Positions 19,689 through 52,791 of a DNA stretch of 64,000 bases are shown here, one piece after another. The notes under the pieces are model-generated. The model saw only the letters and a program-made list of their open reading frames with translations, was not told the origin of the DNA and searched no databases. A program made the position numbers and the translations under genes. Source of the stretch: Paraspadella gotoi (taxonomy: Eukaryota; Animalia; Chaetognatha). The DNA lies in contig CM119270.1 of NCBI GenBank assembly GCA_051294375.1, forward strand, positions 7,218,564 through 7,282,563, given 5' to 3'. Each line of letters begins with the position of its first letter. Within the stretch, counting starts at the first letter, position 1.

Positions 19689-19793
19689 AAAATTTACAGT
19701 TGTATTTAGTAGTGAATTTTTAAATGGAATAAAATAATAGTACATTATTTTATTCAATTTAAAAATTCACTACTAAAAACAACTGAAAATTTT
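19689..19793. repeat. AT-rich fold-back palindrome, ~50-bp arms
   Basis: aaaatttacagttgtatttagtagtgaatttttaaat...aataat pairs with attatt...atttaaaaattcactactaaaaacaactgaaaatttt, with few mismatches. Confidence 0.8.
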
Positions 19794-20459
19794 CTATGCA
19801 TATCTTGCCATCCAGTCTTTTTTTTAAAAACATGTCTCTCGAAAATTGTCACTAGAATTTGCCAATTAGTTACTATAACACCATAACGATTCAAAATCTA
19901 CGATATTATGGATGTTGACGAATAGACTCATTTATGCTCGTTGGTTTCAAAACAGAATTCGAAACTTGCCATTGTCTCAATGTAACTTATAAACATTTGT
20001 TTATCTACCACATCAAAAAATTTTTTTTCTGCCGTTGTTGATATCGCCTACCGTTAATAGATTGCTGCAAAATTCAAAACTAGATTTTATTCATCATTTT
20101 AATCTCACAAACCTTTAATAGGTTAAATAGTTTAAACTTTAAACAGACTATTTTTACGCCGACACCTCTCAAATATACGGATATTTTTTTTAAAAATTAA
20201 GTTCGAAGATAAAAAATCGTGAACTTTGTCTTAGTATCTCGTGACTAATAAATCTAAAAGAAACAATGCCGGTTGTTTTAAAACAGAAGTAAACGAGAGT
20301 AAAAATTTTTGAGCTAAATGAAACCACGATTACAAACAAAGATGTTGCATATCCTGTCGATCGATCGATAATCCGACTGTCCTCATAATTTGTTTTTTTA
20401 ATTCAAAAAACTAATTGTTCGATGTTCATTTGTTTTTTGATTAATAAATCGTTGCTTAG

Positions 20460-21342
20460 CTAGGTGGCGCGAACTCCGAAGGCCACCACTAAACAAAAGA
20501 CGTTCTCCATTTCCATGTGATACGAAGAGAAGTCGTCGGTTTTCGCGTCCCAAAAAAAGCGAACGCCCGTCGTGAAACCGGGAACTTTATTGGCCTCGCC
20601 GAGGAAAACCTGGGAGAAGGGAGGGGCTTGATGGAGTGGTGATCGGGAGGTGATGGGGTAGTTTGGGAGGTTGTCGATGGTCAAAGTGATGTTCTCCCCG
20701 TTGGGTCTCAAAGAACGACGGGGTTTTTTTTAAGGGATTGAATTTAAGAAACTTGATAAAAAAACAATAAAAAAAATATTTGATAAACATTAATCATCCA
20801 AACATTTTGTCCGCACTTTTTTCCAAGCCAAGAATTTGCAATCGCACCTGGACAACGAACTTTGTCCTTGGGAAGCCCATCTCGACGATCTTGTCCCGGA
20901 TGAACTCTGAAAACGCCATCGTCCTGTTCTTCATCTCTTTAACGCTTTTGTCGAACTTTTGATTTTGTCTTTGACCCATGAAGTCCTCGACGCATTCCTT
21001 GAGAACTTGCTGGGGAAAGAAGAGAAGTTAAGGAGATGCTGGGGAAAGAAAGGCGGTTGAGGAGTTGCTTCACCTTGATGAGACCCCCGCGAAAGGTGGT
21101 CGTGTTCCCCGGGTCCTTTTGGATTCCGGAGATGGCGTTGACGCTCTCGTTAAGGCTGTCGGTCACGTTGATGTTGACGTTGGTGACGCTGAGGTTCTGA
21201 ATTTTATCACCAAACGATCAGGGAATCAATTGTTGCGTTGATACAATAAATCCCATGAGATGTAATCAGGTAGCTAACATTACCAAGTTCAAACTCTGCC
21301 TCACCCAAGATATCGACTCCTTACCAATTCTTCCGTCTCCAT
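20460..21342 (-). CDS. Tctex1-domain-containing dynein light chain
   Basis: Exons 21325-21342 (METEEL, uncertain), 21074-21196, 20848-21009 and 20460-20609, all phase 0. The sequence IRDKIVEMGFPRTKFVVQVFLGE...RFFWDAKTDDFSSY...ENVFCLVVAFGV matches the Tctex-1 consensus. Confidence 0.88.
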
Positions 21343-21751
21343 GTCTTTTCCCGCTTCGTTTTAGAGAATAAAACTCTTTCTCCACGAAATATTCTTTTGG
21401 CTACGACAAATTTGAAAAGGAGCGACTTTTTCTAAAACGAAATTGTTTCCGCTAACGTTTTTATCTTATTTTAGTTATGAATTATCACTTCTTAAAATTT
21501 TCTTTTTTTCGTTACGTTTTTTTCCTAAAATATATTTTAATCCCTCAAAGATTTTCTTTCTAAATAAACATATCTAACGGTGTTTTATTCCGAATAACTG
21601 TGTGTCAGTCAATACCGAAGTTTCAATGTCTTCCTTTTTGTCCGTGAGCCAGTCATAAGATACAATATTATGTAAGAATGCGATATACAATGGGATATGA
21701 TGCAAGATCGAGAATCTCAAGCGCTATAACGAGAAACACTCGTAAGGATCG

Positions 21752-21783
<32 letters not shown>

Positions 21784-22493
21784 GTCTATCTATCTATCTA
21801 TCTATCTTTTTTTTTTCAACAAGAAAACGACCTTTTCATAATTCATCGGAGTTTGATTTTAAGAAAATAATTCTGTGGCGAATCCAATGATGTCTCCCGA
21901 TCCCTCGGCCGAAACGAGGAGGAGAAAAAAAAACCGGTAATGTGCAATTTATCAATACTTAACCCAAGGTTAACTCGTCCTAATCTTCTAATCTTTCATT
22001 AATAAGAAAGAAATCTTGAAATTGCGATTGTTTCGACGATTTAGTTCGAAGTCATAACATTTTGCTGTTGTACAGTTGTACAGTTCGAGCCTCGGATTAA
22101 ATAAAGGTAATATGGATTGTGGGATAAATCGATTTTCGCTTCTTTTCCAATCACCTTTCAAAACCTGAAAATTTAAATATTTCTTTCGTTTTAAAACTTT
22201 TAATTCTATAATAAAATTGACAATAGGTTGTTTCGTTTTCTAATGATTCGTTGTTATACTATTCTCACTAAGGAGCAGCGTTGTAATAGTGCGCTAGTTC
22301 GTTGCGCTTACTTATTATGTTACATTCATCTGCTCATCTAAAGATGTTTTAGCAAGTAAATACGATGTACAGTATTAAAAATAAATTAAACAACTTCACA
22401 AAATGATATAGTTATCGTAATCATCGACATATGCTATTAAAATAATAGTGAATTAATATACAAACAAACTCACTTTGGTTATTGTAATAATAG

Positions 22494-22836
22494 ATGGCAT
22501 CTCCGGTCGCCATGACAACGAAACACATCTTCTTCCTTTCCGTCGTTGCTGCTTCTTCTTTGTACGGCGTCGACGTCGCCTCCGACGCCGCTCTCGCCGT
22601 CAAACTACTTCTCGACGGCGCCGGTTTTGAAAGCGGCCTCACTTTCGGCGTCGTCGTCGTCGCTTGGGTGGCGTTGACGGCGCTGAGCTACAAGGAGGAT
22701 CGGTTGTCACTGTGGGCGGCCTGTGTGGGATACCCCATGTATTACTGGGGCGTCGCGGTCAAGGTTGTCAAACTGATAAAGTAAATTAAAAGAAAAAGAA
22801 AAAAAGAGAAAGAGAGAAAGAAAGACAAAAATAAAT

Positions 22837-22896
<60 letters not shown>

Positions 22897-23228
22897 ACGA
22901 AAGAACGAAAGAAAGAAAGAAAGAAAGAAAGAAAGAACGAAAGAACGAAAGAACGAAAGAATAGAAAGAAACAAAAAATTATGAAAAAAAAACGACAATG
23001 CAAAGACGGTCCGTTATCTTACTATCTTATCTTACTATTCTAACTATCCTCAAGGAACTCCTCTTCGACAAGGACGCTTCCTCCGCCTCCGCCGCCCTCC
23101 GCGTCGCCTCCACCCTTCGCCTCTTTCACGTCCTCCTTCAATCAGCGCCTCAATTCGCCCTTCAACTTTATTTGGCGGGAAGGAGGAACGAGATGAGCCG
23201 GCTGAGGGTGGGAGAGAGAGAGAGAGAG

Positions 23229-23304
<76 letters not shown>

Positions 23305-23450
23305 AGAGAGAGCTTAATTATTCCAATTGTATTCAAGTATTTTCTTTCTTTCTTTGGATGTACAAAGAAGAGGATAAAAGAGTAGAAAAACGATATAATA
23401 AATAAATAAATAAATAATAATAAATAAAAATAATAAATAAATAAATAAAA

Positions 23451-23489
<39 letters not shown>

Positions 23490-23561
23490 AAATAATAAAT
23501 AAATAAATAAATAAATAAATATAAATAAATAATAAATAATAAATAAATAATAAATAAATAA

Positions 23562-23593
<32 letters not shown>

Positions 23594-23606
23594 AAATAAA
23601 TAATAA

Positions 23607-23658
<52 letters not shown>

Positions 23659-24441
23659 AAATAAATAATTTTTTTAAAGATTCTCGTCATCTCTTCTTCC
23701 GGCGCCTCCGTCTCACTTGGCATCGTCCACGGCGCCACGGCGTTTCTCGGTCGCGTCGCAAAAGCGCGCCGCTTTTCGATCACGCGATTTCGTCGGACGG
23801 CGTTCGGCGCCATCTTCGTAACATGGACGTCGCTGCACTTGACGACGCTTCCGGCGCCGCTGGCCTTTTACGCGGCGTCAAAATCCCGCCCGGCGCTCTA
23901 CGGCCTCGGGGTCGTATATTCTGCAGCACACGCGGCGCTCTCGGCGACGTTGTCTTTCGCGACGCCGGTTAAAACGACGAAAAACGGCGTCGTTCGGTTT
24001 CTCCGCCTCGTCGCTTCTGTCTTTCTTCAAGCGGCGTTCATCGGCGTTTCTTTCGGCGCCGTAGTTTTGTGGTTCGGCCACGCGGCGTCGATTTTTGACG
24101 CCGAAAGCGACACCAATTCGTCGTTCGTGTGGAGAGTGGCGCCGGATGCGGTGAAAAAGTGGGCCGTTAATAGAACCGACGTAACGCCTGTATACAACGC
24201 TACGTCGCCACATTTTTGCTTGTCCCGATCAGCGGCGCCGTTGCTAGACTTTTTCGTCGTCGCCGGCGTCGTCCTATTCGTCGTTCACGTCGTCGTCGTC
24301 GTCCTCTGGCCGAGGATTCTCAGAGGAGTGTTCCCCGAAGTGGACGAGCGAGTTGAAGGAAGGCGGGAAGTAACGTCGCGGAGTGGAATGGAGCATGCCG
24401 CTGCGCCACTCCTAATCCAAGAAAACTGCGAAAGGTTTTGA
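22494..24441 (+). CDS. XK-related multi-pass membrane protein (Xkr/CED-8 scramblase family), ~394 aa
   Basis: Exons 22494-22763 (AAG|gttgtc, donor chosen by phase), 23055-23207 and 23680-24441. Contains the TM1 motif YGVDVASD, the family signature LRLFHVLLQSAPQFALQLY, and many hydrophobic segments. Confidence 0.85.
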
Positions 24442-24665
24442 AGTCGGTCGGTCCTATGGTTGATCAATTTTTTGGTATAATTGTATTTTATCGATATCAC
24501 TATATTTATGCAATAAAACCTTACGGATAAACGGAACATTGCGTACTGTAGTTACAGGAATCTTTATTTGCAGTTTCGTTCTTTTTCCCCGTACAAAAAC
24601 AACGAAAAAAAAATTGTAACAAAATTCACTACTTATAGTAGTTACTAGTGATTCACATATCCCTT

Positions 24666-24749
<84 letters not shown>

Positions 24750-25515
24750 CACCCCCCCCACTCAACTCATTTCGCCCTCCCGCCGAAAGTCCGACTGCGA
24801 TCATTCTAGGATACTTATTTAAGCTCCTCCTCCTCTTCCTCTTAAGCTTCCTCCCCCACTCCCTAGGGACGGGCATTTTCCTCCTTCCTCCTCCTCCTAC
24901 TCTTCCTCCTCCACCCCCTCCTCCTCTTCATGTTACGATACTTTTGTCGCTCTTAATCTTCTTCTTTCTCTCCCTCCGCCCCCCCTCTCTCTGTCCCTCT
25001 TTTCCGACAACATTCTCTCCACTAAAGTTTTCAATCTCCTCATTATAAATTATTTTGTTATTAAACTCATTTTTATTCTCTTTTCCTTCTGTACTACGGC
25101 TTTTGTTTCCTTTCTTCCTTTCTTTTACACATTAATTTATATCTTCTACCTTTTTCCCCCCATGTTAACCCTCTCTCGTTCCCCATACTCCCCGAACCCT
25201 TCCGTCGATTCATACCAGTTCAAATTATTTTCCCTCTTCCTCGACACCTAATTCTCTTCTTGCTCCTCCTCCTCCTCCTCCTACTCCCCCTCCTCCTCCT
25301 CCTCCCGCTCCCAGTTATATACTGGCTTTTGTTGTCCCTCGAACTTTCCCATCACAATCGACCGATTTTCAGTCAGAAAAAGAAACAAAACAAAACAAAA
25401 CGAAACAGAGAAAAAAATCTAACACCTCATTTTTGTAACGAAACCAAGAGAAGAATTTCTTTAAAATATTACATTTTCCGGCTTTACATTTTTTGGGAAA
25501 TGACCTCTGGTGGGG

Positions 25516-25648
<133 letters not shown>

Positions 25649-26921
25649 TTTTCACGCGGCGAATAAAAATATTATTGTTGACTGATAAGAAAAGCAGATG
25701 ATTTTCTTTTTTGTTTTTAATTTTCCAATCTTATCAACATTTTCCTCAACTTCAGCTCATGAACGAAAAGTAAATTCCTCTTCTCGTTTTACATTTTGAA
25801 ACAAACTTTTGGGATGTTTGTTACTATAAAGATATATTTCGAAAATAATATTGCTGTCAGTTATTGCTTCTTTTCTCATGAATCAAGTTTTTTTTACAAT
25901 TTTTTTACAATATTTCCTTAAGGGGATAGTTACAGCTCACTGGACAATAAAGGATTTAATATTTTGTTCAAATAACTTTTGTAACGCAGTCGAAAAAATT
26001 AAACTCTTAAATAAGTGCATGTATTTTTTAAATTAATAATAATAACTATATTAACACAATTGAATACAAAAATGCATGTATTTTAGGAATAAATAAAATT
26101 TTTACTCTTACTTACTCTTTTACATTATGATTTTCAATTTGCATAAAATAAACAAAAATAGTCTCCAAAAAAAATAGAAAATTTGCGGCACTCAGTCCTA
26201 CTCGTTAAATCCCTTATTCATTCTGCCACATGTCATCGCAGTTGCTCATCCCGCTCTCCTCCTCCTCCTCCTCTTCCTCCTCCTCCTCATCATCATTCTT
26301 GTGAAATTCTCTTACGACTTTGGGAAACCATTTTTCTTCCTCCCAGTACCGATAAACTTTTTTTTTGTTACTCGAAAAACAAAAGACGATCGAGCGGAGG
26401 AAAAAAAATAAATAAAAAAATAAATCTGAGAAAAGGATTCTTGTTTCGTCGCTCGTTAAAAATTCGAGGATAGAAAAGTTCTCCTTGTTTTTTTTTTTTT
26501 TTTTTTTTTTTTTTTGTTTTTTTTTTTTTGGTGGTGGAGTTTTAGTTGTTGTTGTTTTAGAAAAACAGAACCAGGCGCTAAATTGTTTCTTAAATGTTAT
26601 TGTCATTGAGAAAGAATTACTTTCGTTTTGAGATAAAAAAAAAAACGAAATTAATTTTGGGTTCAAAACATTTGCATTTTTATTTTTTGCTCAATTGGGG
26701 TAAAAAAAATTGTTTTGAACAAAAAAACTAAACTCATCTAAACAAAAAAAAAGTTTTGAATTAATAGGAATATTTTAAAACAAATGACAAAATTGAACGA
26801 TAAGTAAAAAACCCCGAACATTCTCGGATGTAATGCTGTGACATCGCCATCAGTGATACGCTTTCGTTATCACCAAGTCGCTGACCACGCCATCGCTATC
26901 ATAAAAACCAAAATAATAAAA

Positions 26922-48003
<21,082 letters not shown>

Positions 48004-49184
48004 GCGTTTTCCGTCGTCCGTTTTGTTTTGGGTCCTAACTTTGTCGCTTTTACTATGGCTTCTTTATTTACTCGGTTACCCTAGTTCAAACAACGTTTTT
48101 TATTTTAGTTTTTATATTTGATTTTTCATAATTTTTCATCTATGAATGCATTTTGTTCATTTTTTTTTTGTCATCGTCATAATCGTCTTTTTGTATTTTG
48201 TCTTTTTTTATCTCTCCACTCTCATTTACCCAATTCTTTTTCCTTACATCCTTGCATAACTATCAAGAGCCGTTGTCTCTAAGGACATTCTAGAATCGAG
48301 ATGCTACCTTTCGTAATTCATCTATAAAGCTAGGTACAGTCACGAAGACCAAAATTATTTATAATTTTTATTTTAAAGGCACAAAATATTAACAAATGTA
48401 GGCTTAACAATAGCGCTTTGATAATTGCTAATGATTATTGCTTTTGTATTGTTTATGATGTTTATTGATGGCACAGCAGTTTTATCATTTTCCTAGGAAA
48501 AGCTTTATTACGAAAAAAAATTTTTTGGCAACATTGATTTAATTAAAATGTTTTGGAACGTCGAGGTTTTAATGACAATTGTCCAAAAGGGCTACATTTT
48601 ATCAATTGGTGGATTACTTTTTATTTTCTCGTTAAATTTTGCTTCGTTACTTGGTGTATGAATTGTAAATTTTTTCCCAAAACTATGATCATTAATTTAC
48701 CGATTCCGCATTTTTTTTATGTTAGCGAATCATTGTGTTGTATTTTAAACATATCTAAACGGCCGGAACACATATATATATATATATATACTTTCTGTCA
48801 TAGGTGACACTTGTGTAAATAAAACGACAGCAGAAAAAAAATCAAGAAAATTACGAAATTTCGATTAATTTTTTTGTCCTGAGTGAAAAAGCGAATTAAT
48901 TTCGTGTCATTGATTTTGTAAAACGAGTACATATATAGTACATTATATACGTAGCTCGCAACAAAAAAAAAAAAAAAACAATCCGTAGGCTAAAAACGGT
49001 TATTTAGTGAGACAATAAAAAGAACTACGTCGACGTTGTTGACCAACGAACAAGCTGACTTTCACAGAAGCTTCTTCTGGGCAAAAAAAAAAATCTCACG
49101 GTGTCGGCGCCATTTGTCTCTGCGTCGATTCAATGCCTCCTCGTTCGGCGTCTCGCGGCAAGAAAGTGGCGCCGGTTTCTGACG

Positions 49185-52100
49185 TCAAACCGGCGTGCCT
49201 CCGTCGTCGCTGAGTCGTTCGTACGAACCGAGCGACGACGACGACGACGCCGCCGACGTCGAATTCGCCGCCTTTTGCATCAAGGACGCCATCCGCGGGG
49301 TCAGAGCGAACGCCGCCCTGGCCAGAGTCGGTGGGGTCGCTTTCGTCGGCTCCATGACGCCGCTGTTGAATCCGCCGCCGCCGCTGACGCTGCTCAATCC
49401 GCCGCCGACGCCCTTGAATCTCCAAAAATTTCGCATTCGAAATTCTGTTGACTCTTCGCCCTCATCGTCGTCGTCATCGTCGTCGTCACCGTCGCCTCCC
49501 AGACTAAACACGACGGGCTGTCGGTGTAGCGGCGATCGCGGCCCGTTCGAGACCCACGCTCGTGGCGGTGGCGGGACTGGCGGTGGAGGCGTGGTCTCCC
49601 GGAAACGAGCAGAAGCGGCGGCGACGCTAGTTGCGGAGGAAGTGCGTCGGGGCGGCGGAGGCGGCGCCTCGGAAGGCGTCTTGATCGATGAGCGTCGACC
49701 GACGACGGAAAAGTCGTTGTTGTTGTTGTCGTCGTCGTCGTCGTCGCTAAATCGAGTAGGCGTGGCGGCGCGACTGGCCAGAGACGCCACTTCCGCCCAA
49801 GACGTCTTCCGCGCGCTGCGGACAATATGCGGAGAAGAGGGCGGGGAAGGAGAAGGGCTGCGGGGCGGTGGCGTGCGGGTGGCGCGACCGTTTGCCGTGG
49901 CGTGCCCGTTTGGCGTCGCTGGACAGGGTAGAAACACTTCTTCCTCATTATGTTCTATGGATTCGGACCAACGGTGATCGGGGAGAGATTGGAGATTTAT
50001 TGGATAAGGAAGGATGGTAGGCGAGTAACGGTCTCGTAGGGAACGTTGATTGGTTATTAAGTGACGCTGATTGGACATAAAATAGTGATGAGTGTTTCTG
50101 TGATTGGTCGGAGAGTTGCCGTTACAATTTACATGGTGATTCGTCGAAGAGTGGTGACCGTTGGGTTTAGGGTTATCGATTGGTGAATGTTCGTTACCGA
50201 GCGTGAGATGATTCATGGAAGAGTAAACGTCGCAGCCAGCAAGCTGCTTGGTTGGAGAGTAGCCTTCGCAGAGTGCTTGTTTATTGGTTGGAGAGTAACC
50301 GTTGGATAGCGGATGGTAATTTGCGGGAGAGTCGCCATTGCGAAGCGGGTGGTTGACGGAAGCGGAGTTTCCATTGTCGTGGATATCGAGATCAGTAGGA
50401 GTGCCGCCATTGCAAAAAGCATGGTTGAAATTATTAGTTAGAGAGTATCCGTTGCAGACCGCATCGTTCTCTTCATGACCAGCGAGGCGAGAGGAAACCT
50501 GAAACGTAGGTGATGCAAACATTCTAACCACGATTGTAAGTTATGAAAATTGCAAAATTACTTGTTTCGCTATCTTTATTTTTTTTAGATTTAAAAATAA
50601 TTATTATTTATGAATTGATTGGCAACAGCCGGGTTTTCTGTGATGCCCATTAAGATGGGGCATCTCACTGTTGGCTTTAGGAGGCTTCGGACCCTCAGGG
50701 ACGCCTCCTGTCAACTGGCGCGGTTACCCTAGGACGGTCTCGTTTTGCCAACGCAGAGGGAAGTCATTAGGACTGTGGATGGAACGTAACGCTTGGGAGG
50801 GTGCGTTCCCCTTCTGATTGGCAGAACGATGGCAGATATGAGGCGGAATGAATATACCGCCACAATATAATATATATTTCTATATTTATTTTTATATAAT
50901 TATGAAATTGGTACAACAAATATAAAAATTATATAAAAAAAAAAAAATTAAGGCCTCCAACAGCATTACTCTTAAAAGATTATGACATAGCAGGTCCCTG
51001 CAAGCTTTCAATCTAGACTCACTCACAGTCTTGTTTATTCACTCCCAGAGTACCTGGCTTCCCTTTCAATTATATTTTATTATATACATATTATATATAT
51101 ACCTATTATATTTTTCAATCCGATTAGCATGGTCAATATTTTCAAAAGTTCAAAGAGACAACAACAATAACAACAACAACGAACCTTTGTGTCGTTTCCC
51201 TCGTTTCCTTCTCCTTCGTCAGCGTCGCCCCGATTCTGCCCGATCGTCTTCAACAAACCTTTTTGACGAGACCAAGGGCGTTTCTTGCCCCCGAAGGCAC
51301 GCCTCTCGCGTTCATTGCGCCCCTCTCGCTCGAGTCCCGTTTCTTTCTCTAAACGGTCTTCGCTCTCGCTCCGCAGCGGTCTCCCCAGCAGCGGGATGCT
51401 GCCGTAACGCGGCTCCGGAGTCGCGGCCGCGTAGCGCTGCAGCACCGCGCCTAGAAACGGGTCACCGCGCGGCGTGCTTCGAAGGAAGGCGACGGTCAGC
51501 GATTGGTCGCTACGGAAGTTGGAAGCGTCGGCGTCGTCGCCTAGCAACCGTTGCCTTGGCGACGCCGTATTCGACGACGACGCCGACGATGACGAAGATG
51601 GTCGTTGGAGTCTCGGCGTCAGCGTCGTAATCGGCGTCATTTCGATAGAGTGATCGGCTCCGGATGACGCCGTCTGGCGCCGGGAATGGAACCACAAATG
51701 TGAGTCATTCGCGGCGTCGTATTTTTTGTCGATAAAGTTGTTATTTAGATTCGGAAATATCTTTGTCGCCGTCGTCACCGTCGTCGTCGCCGTCGTCTTC
51801 GTCGTCGTCTTAGCCAATTCCATGTCAATGACGCAAAAATCTCTGCGTTTTCCGTCATCGTCGTCGTTGTCGTCGTCGTCATCGACATCGTCGTCAAACT
51901 GCTTCTCGATTTTACTAGAGATTTCGTCGGGAAGGCCGTTCCCAGCCGCGATTCTAACTTCTACCGGGGGCGGCGTCGGCGGCGTCGTGGGCGGCGCCGT
52001 GTCGAAGATCGATGGCACCGTCAGCGTCGCTGTCAGCTCCGGCGTCCTTGGCGTCCCGGCGGTGCCATCCCCATAACGACGACTCGGCGCCGAATTTGTG

Positions 52101-52557
52101 TCTTTTGTTTCCGGCGACGCAAGGCTGATCGTTATGAGGATGGAACTTCCGCCGAGGGCGCTGGGTAGAAAGGTCAATGCAAGAGGGGAGGGAGGTTCAA
52201 TAAAAGAGGGGTGGAGGGTAAATGGAAGAGGGGGGACGGTCAATGAAAGAAGGGGGGAAGGGTCAATGATAGAGGGGGGAGGGTCATTGGAAGAGGGGGT
52301 GTGTGGTTAGAGGGCATAAAAGTCTTTGCGCCCTCGTTATAAGTACAATCGACTGTCGGGCGATAAATTGTAATAAATTGGTAGAGATGGCATTAAGAAA
52401 CTTTAAAGAATTACTAACTTATATGTTGTTAGCTCAAATGAAGTTAGAAATAAATTAAAAGGACCGTTATACCTGTAACTGGCGCAGGGACGCGAAAGAG
52501 AAAGATTCGGGAAGGAGGGAGAGACGCAGCCAACAACATTCGAATTCCATGTTTTAT
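49185..52557 (-). CDS. 3' exons of a large low-complexity protein with Pro-rich motifs and C-terminal GTPV; 5' end not found
   Basis: Exons 52473-52557 (phase 1/2), 51185-52160 (phase 2/0) and 49185-50498 are GT-AG and phase consistent. Long GC-rich ORFs of 387 and 448 aa. A possible upstream 6-nt exon lies at 53617-53622. Confidence 0.72.
50616..50864 (-). mobile_element. Solo LTR related to the 59282-60014 TRIM LTRs
   Basis: Shares the start (tggcaac...ctgtgat), the core (tctcac...ggaccctcag.gacgcctcctgtca.ctggc) and the end (tgaggc-hairpin-gccaca). Length is similar (~250 bp) but the middle differs. Confidence 0.65.
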
Positions 52558-52791
52558 CTGGAAAGACAGAACTTTTTTAAAGGTATTTTTATATCATTTT
52601 GTGGATTAAACTATACAAATTGTACACAGAGTTCACCGGCGCCTCCCAAACCAACGGTCCGGGTTTCTACTAGCACGGTGGCCGTCTCACTGTTAAGCGG
52701 GTAGCATGGTACTACAGACAGATGCCACACTCAGGGACACAGCAAAATCTAGTCTGGCGAGATAAAAATCAATTTAATTCTAGTCAGAAAA

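Noticed and set aside
49195-49977. 260-aa plus-strand ORF, and likewise 6782-7269 (-), 51031-51630 (+) and 60924-61667 (-)
   Set aside because: Antisense or alternate-frame shadows of GC-rich exons. The other strand or frame has splice support.
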